From: Diadema antillarum
Taxonomy: Eukaryota
Assembly (NCBI RefSeq): GCF_040938485.1
Contig: NW_027271081.1
Span: forward strand, 4,588,001-4,652,000
Length of the DNA: 64,000 nucleotides
Direction of reading: 5' to 3'
A program made the position numbers and the translations under genes. The notes beneath the pieces are model-generated. The model made no database searches, was not told where the DNA came from, and saw only the letters and a list, made by a program, of their open reading frames with translations. Each line of letters begins with the position of its first letter. Position 1 is the first letter of the stretch. Positions 1 to 11,783 of the stretch are shown one piece after another.

Positions 1-2405
1 TTTTGAGCATTGAGTGATAGCCTATTGGCCCTGACCCAATTTGTCACTTTTTTCAATTCAATGTTAATTTTATGAACGAGAAAATCAATATCATTATGGG
101 CAAAAAATACATTAGTGTCATCTGCAAAATGAATAAAAGAGAGGTCGTCGGATACGCGACAAAAATCATTGATATAAATAATAAACAATAACGGCCCTAA
201 GAGACTTCCCTGTGGGACACCACATTTAACTTCTCTGACAACGGAATCATTGTTTTTAATTGTAACGAATCGTTTTCTATCAACTAAATAACTCTTGAAC
301 CACTCCAAGGCCTTCCCACGTATTCCATAATGCGATAACTTATAAAGTAAAATATCGTGATTGATAGTGTCGAAGGCCTTGGAGAAGTCCAAGAAAATAC
401 TAACTAAATGAGAATGGTTATCGATTGCGTGAACAACTCTATCAACAAAATGCAAAAGAGCATGCGTAGTACTATGTTTCTCACGAAAACCAAACTGAAA
501 ATTCGTAAAAACGTCGTGTACCTTCAAAAAATTGATCATTCTCTTGTAAATAAGTTTTTCTAAAACCTTAGACAATGACGATAATAATGAAATTGGGCGA
601 TAATTGCTGACTTCGAACTTATCGCCTGCCTTAAATATTGGGATTACTTTAGCTAATTTCATTTTATCAGGGAACACACCATTAAAAATTGACAGATTAA
701 ATATATGAGCAAGTGGATCAGCAATCGAAGAAATAACACCCTTAAGTATGAAATTATCTATCTCATCATAACCAGAACTTCGTTTATTTTCAAAAGAAGA
801 AATTATATCAATAATTTCAAATCTGTTAGTTGGTATAAAAAATATGGAATCAGAATTACGCTGACCTAAAAATTCAGTAAAATGAGAATCTGTTGCAGGA
901 ATGTTTTGAGCATAATTTTCGCCTATTTGTGAAAAATAAGAATTAAAAATATTTGCAATATGAAGAGGATCATTAATCGATTCATCATTCAATTTAATTT
1001 TATCAATGTCAGAGTGTTTACTCGGAACATTCATGGCCTGTTTTAGGACTTTCCAAGTATTTTTCATATCAAACTTATATTTCGATAATTGCTGAAAGTA
1101 ATATCTTTTCTTTTCAGAACGTAAAATCATTGTCAAAGTATTTTTATATGATGTATATCTATTCTTCGATCGCTCAGTTTTTTCCAATTTGTACTTGTAA
1201 TACAAACGATTTTTCCTATTAATTGAGCGAAGAATTGATCTGGAAATCCAAGGTAATCTAGGTGTCTTTTTATACTCTGTTCTATTTCTTTGTTTTGGGA
1301 TTACATCATCTAAATGATGATTAAAAGTTTCCATAAAATTACAAAAGGATATATTAACATCATCGCTGCCAAATACTCCTGACCAGTCAGCATTCTCCAG
1401 GGCCACATCAAAACTGGCTAACTTTTCAGGTGAAACTCTACGTCTAAACAAAAGAGGTGAAATAGGTTTAATATTAGCTGGTGTTTTAAGAGTAAAACAA
1501 GTCATTATTGGAAAATGATCAGTCATATCTGAAAGGATTATAAAAGAGTCAGGGAGGGGTAGAATATTACAAAACAAGTTGTCAATGAGGGTGGCAGAGC
1601 GATCTGTAACACGTGTGGGTTTAGAAATAAGAGGAAGAAAGGACGAGGACAGAAGTGTGTGAAGAAAATCACTAGAGATATTATCATGCTCAGACTTCAG
1701 CAAATCAATATTGAAATCACCGAGTAAAAAGCAATCCTTATTTCGGAAAACGTGTGAATTATCAAGATCTGAAAAATAAGTTAAAAAATCATTGGCGTTT
1801 GAATTAGGAGGTCTGTATATAATGCCTACCATAAGATTTCTACATCCTGGGATAAGAATTTCTATAAACAAAGATTCAACAACATTGTCCATTCTAGAAA
1901 TATCTTCATGAACAATAGTATCAAAGGAACGTGATATGTACAATGCAACGCCCCCTCCATTCTTATCAAGCCTATTGTTAACAAACAAATTATAACCCTC
2001 AATTGCGAAATAATTTTCTGTATTGGAAGCTAACCATGTCTCACTTAATCCGATAACGGATAGCGACTGGCTTGCATCAGATTCTAATAGAAATTTTAAA
2101 TCATCAAAATGTTTATTCAAACTCCTTATATTTAAATGTAACAAAGAAAACGTGTCCTCAGAAAAATTATGAATCATATCTTTGCATTGATTCACTGTAA
2201 TATAATTGCACAACATATTTTGAGTGAAATCATTACTAAGATCATGAGGCAATTCATTTGCAGCTGTATTCAGGCTATCGGTAACAAAATCATCGTAAGG
2301 GGTGGTTCGTGTACTGGTTAACCCACTAACTGGGTCAGAATCTAAGCTTGTGTTCCTAAACAATTCAAAAAAAATCATCGTTCGATACGGAATGAAATGG
2401 AGCAT
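1..2405 (-). CDS. Non-LTR retrotransposon ORF2 (APE endonuclease + reverse transcriptase), L2/Crack-like; 3'-partial, continues beyond window position 1
   Basis: ATG at 2405 (preceded by in-frame TGA). Manual translation gives endonuclease motifs FSLLHLNIRSL, IGLSETWL and GGGVALY, and RT motifs FLDFSKAFDTINH, GVPQGSLLGPLLF and FADD (128-117, in frame with the ATG). The ORF track lists no terminated ORF in 1-2405, consistent with an uninterrupted frame running off the edge. Confidence 0.95.
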   Translation of the reverse strand, partial: MLHFIPYRTMIFFELFRNTSLDSDPVSGLTSTRTTPYDDFVTDSLNTAANELPHDLSNDFTQNMLCNYITVNQCKDMIHNFSEDTFSLLHLNIRSLNKHFDDLKFLLESDASQSLSVIGLSETWLASNTENYFAIEGYNLFVNNRLDKNGGGVALYISRSFDTIVHEDISRMDNVVESLFIEILIPGCRNLMVGIIYRPPNSNANDFLTYFSDLDNSHVFRNKDCFLLGDFNIDLLKSEHDNISSDFLHTLLSSSFLPLISKPTRVTDRSATLIDNLFCNILPLPDSFIILSDMTDHFPIMTCFTLKTPANIKPISPLLFRRRVSPEKLASFDVALENADWSGVFGSDDVNISFCNFMETFNHHLDDVIPKQRNRTEYKKTPRLPWISRSILRSINRKNRLYYKYKLEKTERSKNRYTSYKNTLTMILRSEKKRYYFQQLSKYKFDMKNTWKVLKQAMNVPSKHSDIDKIKLNDESINDPLHIANIFNSYFSQIGENYAQNIPATDSHFTEFLGQRNSDSIFFIPTNRFEIIDIISSFENKRSSGYDEIDNFILKGVISSIADPLAHIFNLSIFNGVFPDKMKLAKVIPIFKAGDKFEVSNYRPISLLSSLSKVLEKLIYKRMINFLKVHDVFTNFQFGFREKHSTTHALLHFVDRVVHAIDNHSHLVSIFLDFSKAFDTINHDILLYKLSHYGIRGKALEWFKSYLVDRKRFVTIKNNDSVVREVKCGVPQGSLLGPLLFIIYINDFCRVSDDLSFIHFADDTNVFFAHNDIDFLVHKINIELKKVTNWVRANRLSLNAQ

Positions 2406-3829
2406 TCAGAAAATTAGCCACAATTAAAAATACGAGACGAATTTTTAAAAGTCTGCGTTATTAACAAAACTAGGATGTCGTGAATAAGTGGACGATACAA
2501 GAAAATACCCAGTCGCCGGGATGTGGCAACACGCTGGAGTAATCTACGAACATGGGTGACGTCAAAATTATGATAAGCAGAAGATCGCTGAAGAGACGTA
2601 GAACGTGAAACGAGAAAGGGCTGAACAAGGTAAGTAAGAACACTGAGAAGCATGGACAGAAAAAGACATAGAACACACACAACATAATAAGAATAAATCC
2701 AGTCTCTCTGTGGGCTTCCGAGACGACAGCAAAAACATACATACACAAAAATTTGAGCCGACATTAGACAAGGACAAACGTGGCTTGGCTATTACATTCG
2801 ATCAATTTCCGGATCATCAATAATATACGATAAGTACAGAACAGCTCCAAAAACCCCAGGCCAATAATGTACCTTCTCGGGCACTTGTTAGCACACCGCA
2901 GGTCTGAATACGAAACATATTTTCACACCAATGCCGCCAATGGCATCATTATAACAGTGGTAGTGTGTGTATGCATGGCGTGTGTAAGCAGTGTTTTAAC
3001 ATGCGAGAGTATGATTGTGCTTGAGAGTGTGAGATTTGGGTGTGTGTGTGCGTGTGTGTGTGTGTGTGTGTCTTAACGTGTGCGTGTTTGACGTGGGCGT
3101 GGCTGCGAGTGTAGGCAGATAAGGAAAGGGTTCGGTTCAGTGCAGACGATACTGGGACCGTACAAGTGAACAATTGCTGTACAAGCAAGTACTGTACTTC
3201 ACATTACACCAGTTTGGCAGAATGATGAGTACGCAGGAGTTGTGCGCATATGAATATGCAGACAAGCGATAAAGATCTAACGTACGGATAAAAACTTGTA
3301 ACTTTTCCAAAAATTGTCACAATTAAGAGGGGGATCAGACTTGTAGTAATAATCATCTCAAAAACAAAATGGATGGGGGGGGGGGGGGTTCGTTTATAAA
3401 ATGCAATATATTCCTCAACTGGTCAAAGTACAACCCAACAAGGATTACACATGTATTGAAAATATGATACCGACAAATGAAGTTAATACACACTACAGAC
3501 ACAATCAGTTGGAACCCCTGGAAATCTTTTGTTCCATTGTGTAAATATGGTGGGGGGGGGGGGGGGACACTCGCAACTGCATAGCCTTTCGGCACTGAAA
3601 AAATGAAATTCACTATTGTCGTGTACAAGATATCACTGCAATATTCATGTATATCATTCATTACATCATAACATCAAGTTTGCGTAATTCCCCAACACCA
3701 ACAAAAAATAAATAAAAAGAAAGAAATCCGAACAGTTACATAAATCTAAATTCGTAAATCCAATTCATCTCTAATTTTACAGGATTTTCAATTAAAGCAT
3801 ACCACAACATATCATATTGTTAAAAGAAA

Positions 3830-4610
3830 ACAATATTTTGTTGGCATTACCTTATATTTGTATATATATTTTTTTGAAAATAGAGGAGAAAACTTATGAC
3901 CAGTAGAATTATCTATCCTGATTGCACTGTTATGTTTTGCAAAATAATCAAAGTTATATGGATATCCTCATCAGACCCGACGGCAGTTGCTGTCAGAAAA
4001 ACAGTCGAAAACACAACCGCAAACAATATCATATTGTTAGACAATAACATCACATTGCTAAACGGCATATCCTATTGCTAGACAAAGCAATACTTTGTTG
4101 ACATTTCCATATATATATTTTTTTTTGGAAAAAAAAATAAAGGGGAAATAACTTGTAACCAGTGAGAATATTCATCCTGATAACATTTCCATATATATAT
4201 TTTTTTTTGAAAAAAAAATAAAGGGGAAATAACTTGCAACCAGTAACAATATTCATCCTGATTACACTGTAATGATTTGCAAAATAATCAAATTATAGGT
4301 ATTCTCAATTCAGACCTGACGGCAATTGTCGTCAGAAACACGGTCAAAAACACAGCCGTAAACAATATATCATTTTGTCACACTATACATCATATTGCCG
4401 AACAACACTGTTAGGCAAAGCAATATCTTGTTGGCGTTTCCTTACATTCTTTTTTGAAAAAGGGAAAAAAACTTATAACCAATAACATTGTTAATCCTGA
4501 TTACACTGCAATGTTTTGCAAAATAATCAAAATCATGGATATTCTTACTTCAGACCTAACGGCACTTGCTGTCAGAAACACGGTCAATGACACAATCGAA
4601 AACCATACAT
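3830..4610. repeat. Diverged tandem repeat, three ~250-bp units, with an ~80-bp internal duplication in unit 2
   Basis: Recurrent blocks atcctgatt(g/a)cactg...ttgcaaaataatcaaa...tcagacc(c/t)(g/a)acggca...gtcagaaa at ~3915, ~4255 and ~4495. Confidence 0.85.
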
Positions 4611-5758
4611 TTTCATTCTAATGTCAATAAATTCCATATATATTATTTTCATTACACAAATTAATTGATCTTCAAGTGTGTTCACACGAGAACGAAACTT
4701 TACAAACGTGACAGTAATTTTCCATGTAATGTCACATTCATAACACTCTGTAAAGTTGTCTATCTGATCACATCAAACACACAGGGAATACATACTATAT
4801 CAAAATGAAAATTTGAATTCCATGATCACAAAACATGAGTTTTCATCTATTAAACCATAGCAAGTTGCGCAATACAAATCCTGCATTACGCCAAAATTCA
4901 TTTTTGTTATCATAATATACTCGGATTCTTTTTCAAAACGGATGTACTCCGGTTAAAAAAACAAAAACAAAAACAAACAACAAACAACAAACAACATTGC
5001 ATCCAAAGTCATATCGTATGACATAAAAACGTGTCATCCTTTCATTATATTGATGTGCAACTGTTCAGACACGTTTTGTATTCAAGTAACATGCCCCCTG
5101 TATTCATTTTGTTTAACCATTCACCATAATATATATTTCACCCATCAATTATAATTCTAATGAACTTAATATACTTCCATATCAAAACTGCACCATGCAT
5201 ATTATCCATGATAAACCAAAGATTACTCTTACAATAATCTTCCAAAAAGACCGAAAGCAACACAACACTATAATTGGGCTTTAGCACATCAGGTAGTTTT
5301 CCCAAAAAAGAAATACACACTTGAGAAAGTCTATTACTTAATCAAAGCTAAAAATAATTTACACACCAAGTTCACAATAGGTTCTGATCCTTTTCAACAA
5401 AAAAGTACACTACGGCCTCTATATTACCCAATAAAAGAGTGTGAACATATTTGTGGAGGCCAGCCATACAACGAAAATACAAAATCCACATTATTACGCA
5501 ACTAAGTTGTGTTGTAACCAGCAGATATGCGACCATGAACACACAACCAGAACGTAGTACACTGTAACGTTGACTCTTGTTTTGTCAAGTTCCTAATGAA
5601 CTGCAGTAGAATTTAAACAAACAATGTCCTATATTACAAATTCCAGCATTTCGGGTGAGAGTCACCTTCCTCATAATCTCGGATCCTTTTCTGAGAAGAA
5701 AAAAAACACACCCTAATTCATGTTCCATCCAGTTGCCTCAGAGACATAAAAACCAATT

Positions 5759-6630
5759 TATACATTCCAGAGCATGACCGCATCACTTTGCGACTCTCAA
5801 CTCAATGTTCTGTTGTTAACTATATATACATTCCCGTTACTTGGCACATAATGCCGCATATACACAGATATGCATTCGTGTTGCCACCATTTCTTTACCA
5901 AATTTACCCCCTACAAATGACCTTAACAAAACACAGTGTTACAAAATACAGTGTATCAGTTTGACCCACTACAGATGTCCATTACACAAAAACTTTGTAT
6001 ATTTGTGGAGGTCAAACCAAATAAACAACGACAAATATTACCCCCAAAAATCAGATTGTTTTACAGCGTTGATTGAAAAAAAAAATGTCTCGTCCTTTAT
6101 TACTAGCTAATACACAACCATAAGCACACAACCAGTACATTAAATGTGAGGTCGATGCTTGTTTGCAACCATGAATACAAACCAGTGCATGATATACATT
6201 CCAGAGCATGACCGCATCACTTTGCGACTCTCAACTCATTGTTCTGTTGTTAACTATATATACATTCCCGTTACTTGGCACATAATGCCGCATATACACA
6301 GATATGCATTCGTGTTGCCACCATTTCTTTACCAAATTTACCCCCTACAAATGACCTTAACAAAACAGTGTTACAAAATACAGTGTATCAGTTTAACCCA
6401 CTACAAATGTCCATTACACAAAAACTTTGTATATTTGTGGAGGTCAAACCAAATAAACAACGACAAATATTACCCCCCAAAATCAGATTGTTTTACAGCG
6501 TTGATTGAAAAAAAAAAATGTCTCGTCCTTCATTACTAGCTGATACATAACCATAAGCACACAATCAGTACATTAAATGTGAGGTCGATGCTTGTTTGCA
6601 ACCATGAATACAAACCAGTGCATGAAATAC
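5759..6630. repeat. Near-identical tandem duplication, two ~434-bp units
   Basis: tacattccagagcatgaccgcatcac starts at 5761 and 6195. The units match almost base for base, and the ORF track shows near-duplicate peptides (5841-6110 and 6275-6508). Confidence 0.95.
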
Positions 6631-7244
6631 CTGTAAGGTTGATGCTTGTTTTGGCAAATCTCTAATAACCTCGAACAGAATAAAACGAAGGGCTTCATAC
6701 ATACTAAAATCCAAGTATTCAGCAGAGGTAAGAATCGCTTTCCTCTTTAACTCTTCTCCTTATTACAATGAATACACACTAATACATATTCAGTTCCGTT
6801 GACTCGTAACCATAGGAACCAATTTATGCACTCCATGTCTCAGCTGCATTGCTTTGCAACTTTAGAATGTCTGATCCTTCTGTTGTTATAGTTTGGGTGT
6901 TTCACATTCCCGGAACGCCGCCTGTAAGCACCCTGCGCACAAGATGCCATTTATAATGAAGTCGTGTTGCTCTTATCAGCTCACCTGAAGAATACAATGC
7001 CCAATTTGTTTACTACTAGCATTCGTGCCGACGAAAGTTACAATCATTAGCTACAACAATAACGCAGACATTGAAGACAAATTCCGATTTCCGTTTTCCA
7101 ACACAGATAGGACTCGAAGAAAATTATGAATTCAAACTTGACTTAATCATTTTACTGTGTATCGCTGTACAAAGGGAAGGGAGAGCAAAACGATGGCCGC
7201 GTTTCATTTGGCAGAAATCAAACTGGTCCTGATCAATCTGAAAC

Positions 7245-8249
7245 TCAATCTCCAACTACCCTCCATGCCGATAGCGAACCCTTTTCTCTGCATTCCAACA
7301 GAACTTTCACCCCGACCACTTTTATTCTGGTTGATTTATTTTCATTCTTCCTCATGTGATAGGCCTTTTGCTCCAACTGAAAGCGTTTCTTTTTGAGTGA
7401 CGCTGGTAAGTCTGTTGCGAGCCGGAAGTTAGGTCGAGCAGGGGCTTGACCTCTCGTAGTGGCGGGACGCATATGCATTCTCTGGTACGCATTCCAAACC
7501 GCATCTCGATCAAACATGGCGCCAAACCTTACAATAATCGGGTCAGGGCCACGCCTGCTCTGTTCGTCACTACCAGCCACCGGACGTCTAGGGAGGCGGT
7601 GCGCATTCACCACAAACATTCCTTGCACTTGTTGCTCAGAAAAACCAAGTTGTTTAATTACATCTCTCACAACTTCAACAGCCTTTTCGTTTTGCCGATT
7701 TTCTACTCCATAAATCAACAAATTAAGTTTCCTGTCATGCAATTCCATTAAAAGTATCTGTTCTTTCAACTCAGCTTCCATCTTCACTCTATCTCTTTTC
7801 ATCTGGGGTAAAGTGTCATTCTCAATGGTAGTAAGTCTTGCACTCGAGTCTGAAACAGCAGTTTGCAACTCAGTCAAGGTATTTCGTATGTCAGATACTT
7901 CAGTACGAATTGCATTAACGCTCACTGAAAGCGTTTCCAGTTTATCCATAATTTTTTCAGTGACCCTTGTGAATTCGGAATGGCTTAACGTACCTTCAGT
8001 CCCAGGCGCCATGGTACTGCACGACGAATGGTGCGTGGGTTGCTGCGTATCCGCTACAGAGTTTTCTTTAACCGGTTCAGTCCGTTGGCTGAGCGCGGAG
8101 GTTTCGGGAGGTGCGTCTGCTGCAGTAGCCTGTTGTAGATGTGCCCTGCCGGCTGTTGAAGTGTTGGAACTTAAAAGCTGAGTTCTGGACCTGTTTCTCA
8201 AACAGTATGGTTCTCTCGATGGTTGTAGGCTTGTATTACGTTTGCTCAT
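7245..8249 (-). CDS. LINE ORF1 protein (coiled coil + RRM/Transposase_22-like), 334 aa, intact
   Basis: Heptad coiled coil (KIMDKLETLSVSVNAIRTEV...) followed by the typical ORF1 motifs RKLNLLIYGVE, AHRL, PIIVRF and TDLP. Confidence 0.9.
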   Translation of the reverse strand: MSKRNTSLQPSREPYCLRNRSRTQLLSSNTSTAGRAHLQQATAADAPPETSALSQRTEPVKENSVADTQQPTHHSSCSTMAPGTEGTLSHSEFTRVTEKIMDKLETLSVSVNAIRTEVSDIRNTLTELQTAVSDSSARLTTIENDTLPQMKRDRVKMEAELKEQILLMELHDRKLNLLIYGVENRQNEKAVEVVRDVIKQLGFSEQQVQGMFVVNAHRLPRRPVAGSDEQSRRGPDPIIVRFGAMFDRDAVWNAYQRMHMRPATTRGQAPARPNFRLATDLPASLKKKRFQLEQKAYHMRKNENKSTRIKVVGVKVLLECREKGSLSAWRVVGD

Positions 8250-9353
8250 AGTAGTAGTTGACGGGGAGGAGCAAGGTAGACATGTTAGACCCAGAAATAG
8301 GTCAAAATCTTAGCCAGCGCCAACACTGAACCGCCCAGTCGACTCCATGCGTGCGTGCGTGTCATCCGCAATATGCTCCTCACATTCACAAACAGTCTAA
8401 TTGTTCGCTCTTGCGGATTCCAATCAGCACATTCCAAACATTAGTTAATGAATACCTCCTGTTGTTTTTCCCCCACCTTATAGATATCCTTTTCACTCTT
8501 ATTCGAATAATCAATCCCATTAATGAACACAACGGTCTACATGGTATCAGCATGTCTTAAAGGAACTAAGAACTGCAAATGCATGTTGACTTGTATTGTT
8601 TTTTAATACCCTGTTAATCACTGACATGGCCGAAGAAAAAAAAATCTTAATGATAATGTGCCACACATTTCATTAAGAAAAATCTGCTTTTCTGCGGATT
8701 ATTTGGTTACGCCCACAAAAAAAAACTCGAAATATATTGTAAATGACATTGCTTGTCAATCACAGCCAATCTGATAGGCACTGAAATGCATCTCCCCCTA
8801 AACAGAACATGACTTGCATGTTTTAGTGCAATGTCTTTTGTTCAGCACATTGTCATCACAGCAGCGCACAGTGAAGTTATGCCCAAAGAATATTATAACT
8901 CCGACACTTGTCTGAAAAAAAAGTTCAGTTTTGCGGCCGAGTAGGTTATCTTTCGGGGTGGGGATTCTCGCTGTCACGCTCGTGCCATTCCATCGTTGAA
9001 TCATTTACACTTAATTACAGGAAAGGGGCAATATTTACAAATATTTAAAAAAATCGTGAACTCATGACCCCAAGTGGCCAAGAAAGTACAATGCCACGTT
9101 TCAACTCAGAAGGAACTAACTCATCCAGCGTCATATACTGCGAAATATGCATCTCTGCTTTAAAAGGAGAAATTGCGTGTGTGTGTGGGTGTGTGTGGGT
9201 GTGTGTGTGTGGGGGTGGGGGGTGTTGATTTGAAACCTATCTCACCATGAAAGGAATCCTTTTCTGATTTATTTTGAAATTCAGAAATCCAAACTTTCGG
9301 CGTATCCACAATTCTACGGAAGTTTATAGAGCCCTATTTACTTCATTCCAACA

Positions 9354-10336
9354 TTAAAGATAATAAAAAGTTTTGGTACATCAAAAGTTTCCCTGAATTT
9401 CCTTGTCTTGGTTTGTGTTTCACGTTAAAGTACGTTGTCTGTGAGAATTACTCGCCCCAAAGTGCTCTCATGTCTTAGTAATCATGCAATAATGGTTTCG
9501 TACCAGAGCCGTCGCCGTACAGCGTCGATAAATATTGTACGAAACCACTGACTGCGACCAGCAGCGTGCAGCCCATTGTACGCATAGCTAACTGCGACCA
9601 GCAGCCCCATACGCATAGCGTAATGGGGCTTCGCATTATAGCATTCAGGATCATGACAGAATTAGTATCGCGGGTAAATGGCAACTTAAAATCCAAAAAT
9701 TTCTTCGATTTGAAGACTTACCAATTAAGTTGAAGTATTGAAAACAGGCTTCGAACAACGTTTGGTTCTGCCAATAGTCCCTTTCTTTTCGAATTGATGA
9801 CTGAATGTGACTCGGTCGAGAGGACCTTGGGAGAGTTACTACACTGACTACTACGGCCAGCGCCTGCGCGCACAAACATCTTATTCGTTGATGGATTTGA
9901 AATTTGTGCGCATGTGATGTGTTTGCATGCACTGGCTGTAGTATTCAGTGTATGGTAGCTCTCCCAAGGTCCTCTCGACCGAGTCACATTCAGTCATCAA
10001 TTCGAACAGAAAGGGACTATAGGCAGAACCAAACGTTGCCCGAAGCCTGTTTTCAATACGTCACCTTAATTGGTAAGTCTTCAAATTGAAGAATTTTTGG
10101 GATTTTAAGTTGACATTTATCCTGCGATACTAAATCTGTCATAATCCTGAATGCTACAATGCGAAGCCCGATTACGCTATGCGTATGGGACTGCTGGTCG
10201 CTATGCGTATGGGGCTGCTGGTCGCAGTTAATTGCATGATTACTAAGACATGATAGCACTTTGGGGCGAGTAAGTCTCACAGTGTTAGTTAATTCAGGGA
10301 AACTTTTGAGGTACCAAAACTTTTTACTATCTTTAT
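9354..10336. mobile_element. ~1-kb foldback (palindromic) non-autonomous DNA transposon
   Basis: Left arm ~9356-9880 is the reverse complement of right arm ~9917-10335 (e.g. aaaagttttggtacatcaaaagtttccctgaatt / aattcagggaaacttttgaggtaccaaaacttttt). Flanks are TTAA and TTAT. Confidence 0.85.
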
Positions 10337-10368
10337 GCGTATGTCTTACTACTCGTTCATACTACCTG

Positions 10369-10507
10369 GAGGGCATTTTGCATGAAGCATTTTGTCCGAC
10401 AAGGATGTCAGACAAATCTGCTCTCAGCCAATCAGATGCAAGGATTTTAGTAGCTTGTAACAGTTTGTCAGGAAAATATCCGACCAAAACGCTTCATGAA
10501 ATGCCCC
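10369..10507. mobile_element. MITE, PIF/Harbinger-like, CTG target duplication
   Basis: TIR gggcattttgcatgaagc...gcttcatgaaatgcccc, flanked by CTG on both sides. Confidence 0.75.
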
Positions 10508-10993
10508 CTGGTATGGTGATGCTGTAATGATCATTCTCCATGACAAAAACACTCGTACTTCAACACCGTACGTTAGGATCCTGTAATGATCCACACCCAC
10601 GTGCAACATAGCCTTGTAAAACTATGTCAAATTCACACAGTTGACATCAGATTTATGGAACATGTAGGCCTACATCCATCGTCACACCATATGCATGTGC
10701 ACAATATTTATTGACCAAGTTCACACCATTACTATGCCGCAGGTAAGGCTCCCTACATCCTCACTTCGATTCTACGTGAATGACTTGTTGAACGCCAAGG
10801 TTGAACGCTTACGAGAGGTCCTGAAGTCCAAATGGAACGCACTTTCTACCTGTGGCGATGACTGCAAATGATGCTGAAAATAAACACGACCCCAAATGTG
10901 GTTTCCCGGGATCCCCCGGCGAGAGGTGGGTACCGTCTACCACCTGTCTACTCCTTTGTCTGGGATCATACTCCACCTCAGTGCCATCGATGC

Positions 10994-11783
10994 TGAAAGA
11001 GGAATTAACCCTCATATACATGTGGATTGAGTGAATGCAGCAATATTAGTAGAACATATCAGTGGCAGCTTGAGGAAAATCGGACAATCCATTCAAATTA
11101 TTTTTTTTTATTTTTTTTTTACATTTTGTTGACGAGACAGTTGGATCAGAAGACCTACTACAGATCATGACATCACATATTATGCACTACAATATAAAGA
11201 AAATATAAGGAAAATTCCACAAAACATCATTCCATTATGATGTCAAGGGTAATAATTATTCCTCCCAGCATTATGAAAGGGGTTAGTCTAGTGCTCTTTC
11301 ATTATGCTAGAAAAGTGTACAAAATTTTGAATTTTCTTCATATTCTCTTTAAATGGTAGTCCATAGATGTCGCAAGCTCCGAAGTAGTCTCCTGATCCAT
11401 CGGTCTCATCACCAAAACTTGAAGAGTTTGTTTGCAAAAACCGATAAGTCCATTTTTGAAGATTTGTAAGTACGGTTTCTGTCATAAAGTACAAAATAAT
11501 ACCTTTTGAATGATATATTGGTCACTACATATAAAGGCACATTTTTGAAGTTACGGTCAAAAGAAGCAATTTTTTTTAAATTATTCTCTTTATTTTTCTT
11601 GACCTTTAATCGTAAATATCTCCATTTGGCAAATATTGACTTATCGGTTTTTGCAAACAAACTCTTCACTTTTAAAATTAAAAACTTTTGAATGGATTTT
11701 CTTCAAACTATCATTGATGTATTCTACTAATATTGTTCCATTCACTCAATCAGCATGCATTTTTGGGTCTCATTATCCTTGAA
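10994..11783. mobile_element. Diverged member of the TTAA-flanked MITE family also at 18431 and 47060
   Basis: Shares catatacatgtggattgagtgaatgcagcaatattagtagaac at the left end and ttctactaatattg...cactcaatc at the right end. Confidence 0.7.

Larger units (their letters stand above)
1..8368 (-). mobile_element. Putative single LINE: 5' UTR (~8368-8250), ORF1, 4.8-kb spacer, ORF2
   Basis: Both ORFs are open and on the same strand in ORF1-ORF2 order. No poly(A) or microsatellite 3' tail is evident between them. The 3' end and TSD lie outside the window, so unity of the element is inferred. Confidence 0.55.

Noticed and set aside
2470-2748. LLLIII...LPHPG as a 2A-like ribosome-skipping peptide
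   Set aside because: It lacks the D(V/I)ExNPGP consensus and is not in frame with ORF2.
3960-3990. CTGATGA on the minus strand (also ~43460 and ~22805) as a hammerhead ribozyme core
   Set aside because: No stem II closed by GAAA follows, and the motif is not conserved in the sister repeat units.
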